The notes under the pieces were generated by a model, which worked only from the letters and a program-made list of their open reading frames with translations, searched no databases and was not told the DNA's origin. Source: Hemiscyllium ocellatum (Eukaryota). Taken from it: a stretch of DNA of 64,000 nucleotides. The stretch is taken from contig NW_026867490.1 of NCBI RefSeq assembly GCF_020745735.1, forward strand, positions 310,001-374,000. The letters run 5' to 3'. The stretch's first letter is position 1; each line of letters begins with the position of its first letter. Shown here in pieces: positions 62,991 through 64,000 of this stretch. Made by a program: the position numbers and the translations under genes.

Positions 62991-63349
62991 TAGACTTGTA
63001 CCATTAAGTGAGATTTGTGCATATTTAGCACACTCTAGGCCGTCGAGATTAGATTAGCTGAAATGCCTGTTCGAAACTCTATGACGTTATGATGCACGAT
63101 ATTAAGAAACAGTTGAAGATACGAGATTTTGCAAGTCTTTTGGATCGTGGATTTTTCTCAAGGTAACAACGATCACTTTGAACTATCAGCTTCACGAGGT
63201 ACGCTGTTCCATCGCGGCCACAACACTTGCATCAACATATGAGACAATGTGGTAAAATGTTCTGTCTAATCCTGTACACACAGAAAAAACTCAATGTAAC
63301 AAATTAACACGACATCTGTCCACACGCCACTAACGAACTAATCCAAAGG

Positions 63350-63541
63350 TATGGGTTAGCTGAAGGTGCAGGTTAGCTGAATTGGCCATATTAAATTGCC
63401 CACAGTATTAGTTGCATCTGTCATGTATAAATGTGTGGATCGGGGAATGGGCCTGGGTGCATTACTCTTCAAAGCGTCCGTGTGGACTTGTTGGGCCGAA
63501 GGGTCTGTTTCCATACTGTAGGGAATATAATCTAATCTAAT
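63350..63541 (+). mobile_element. 5'-truncated HE1-type SINE
   Basis: gtgtggacttgttgggccgaagggtctgtttcc..aatctaatctaat. Confidence 0.8.
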
Positions 63542-63829
63542 AGAGTAGGTTGTTGACAATGTTGTAAAGTATTACTCGCAAGGGAATGCCCTTTTCGAAG
63601 ATGTACTGATTGATTCCACAGGCCAATAACTCCTGACTTCGAATGGCTGAATTCCAAGCATACACCAAGGAGCTAAAACGTAGTTATGGTGAGAGAGTCT
63701 GCTTAGCCAGCAAAGCAGATTTCAACTGAGGTTTGCATCAAGAACCTGAACAAATTAGGAGTCAGTAGGTTTCAAGGCAGATTCCTTGATGGTTTGAGAC
63801 AGAACTGGCACAAATGTGCATGCTTGTAA

Positions 63830-64000
63830 CTCTTGTACCTTAGGCATCACAGGAACTAGCTGAAGTTGATTCTGAATGTACTGGCTCATGTTCAATTATC
63901 TTTAGCTTCTTCATCATTGACATTCCAGACCTCACAATATTTGATGTCGAGTGTTCACTGATGACTGCACAATGTTCAACACCATTCATGATTACTCAGC
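63830..64000 (+). mobile_element. LINE RT fragment
   Basis: ttcatcattgacattcc..ttcactgatgactgcacaatgttc (decayed FINDL..FADD). Confidence 0.5.

Overview
Eukaryotic, repeat-rich DNA that looks like shark genome (inferred from HE1-type SINEs, many CR1 LINEs and Penelope-like elements), with two N gaps. Two gene families are interleaved. (1) An orphan class-A GPCR cluster of the GPR139/GPR142-like type: two intact, paralogous, two-coding-exon plus-strand genes of 322 aa (14003-19688 and 46876-54161) and two minus-strand pseudogenes. (2) A series of antigen-receptor V segments that the ORF track largely misses because all are disabled. These include a TCR alpha/delta-like V with leader, splice sites and a near-consensus 23-RSS (4110-4676). 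Just upstream on the same strand is an IgNAR-type short V with an Ig octamer promoter and its own RSS (5350-5894). An IgH-type J-side 23-RSS lies between them, so the block resembles a fossil NAR-TCR cassette. Other V remnants occur on both strands: one split by a Penelope insertion, one by a SINE, and one about 0.5 kb behind each intact GPCR, showing that GPCR and V were duplicated together. Penelope terminal repeats carry minimal hammerhead ribozymes, one apparently intact. No intact V, D or C segment was found. Assignment to the TCR alpha/delta locus proper, rather than an orphon cluster, is inference. All translations and alignments were done by eye.
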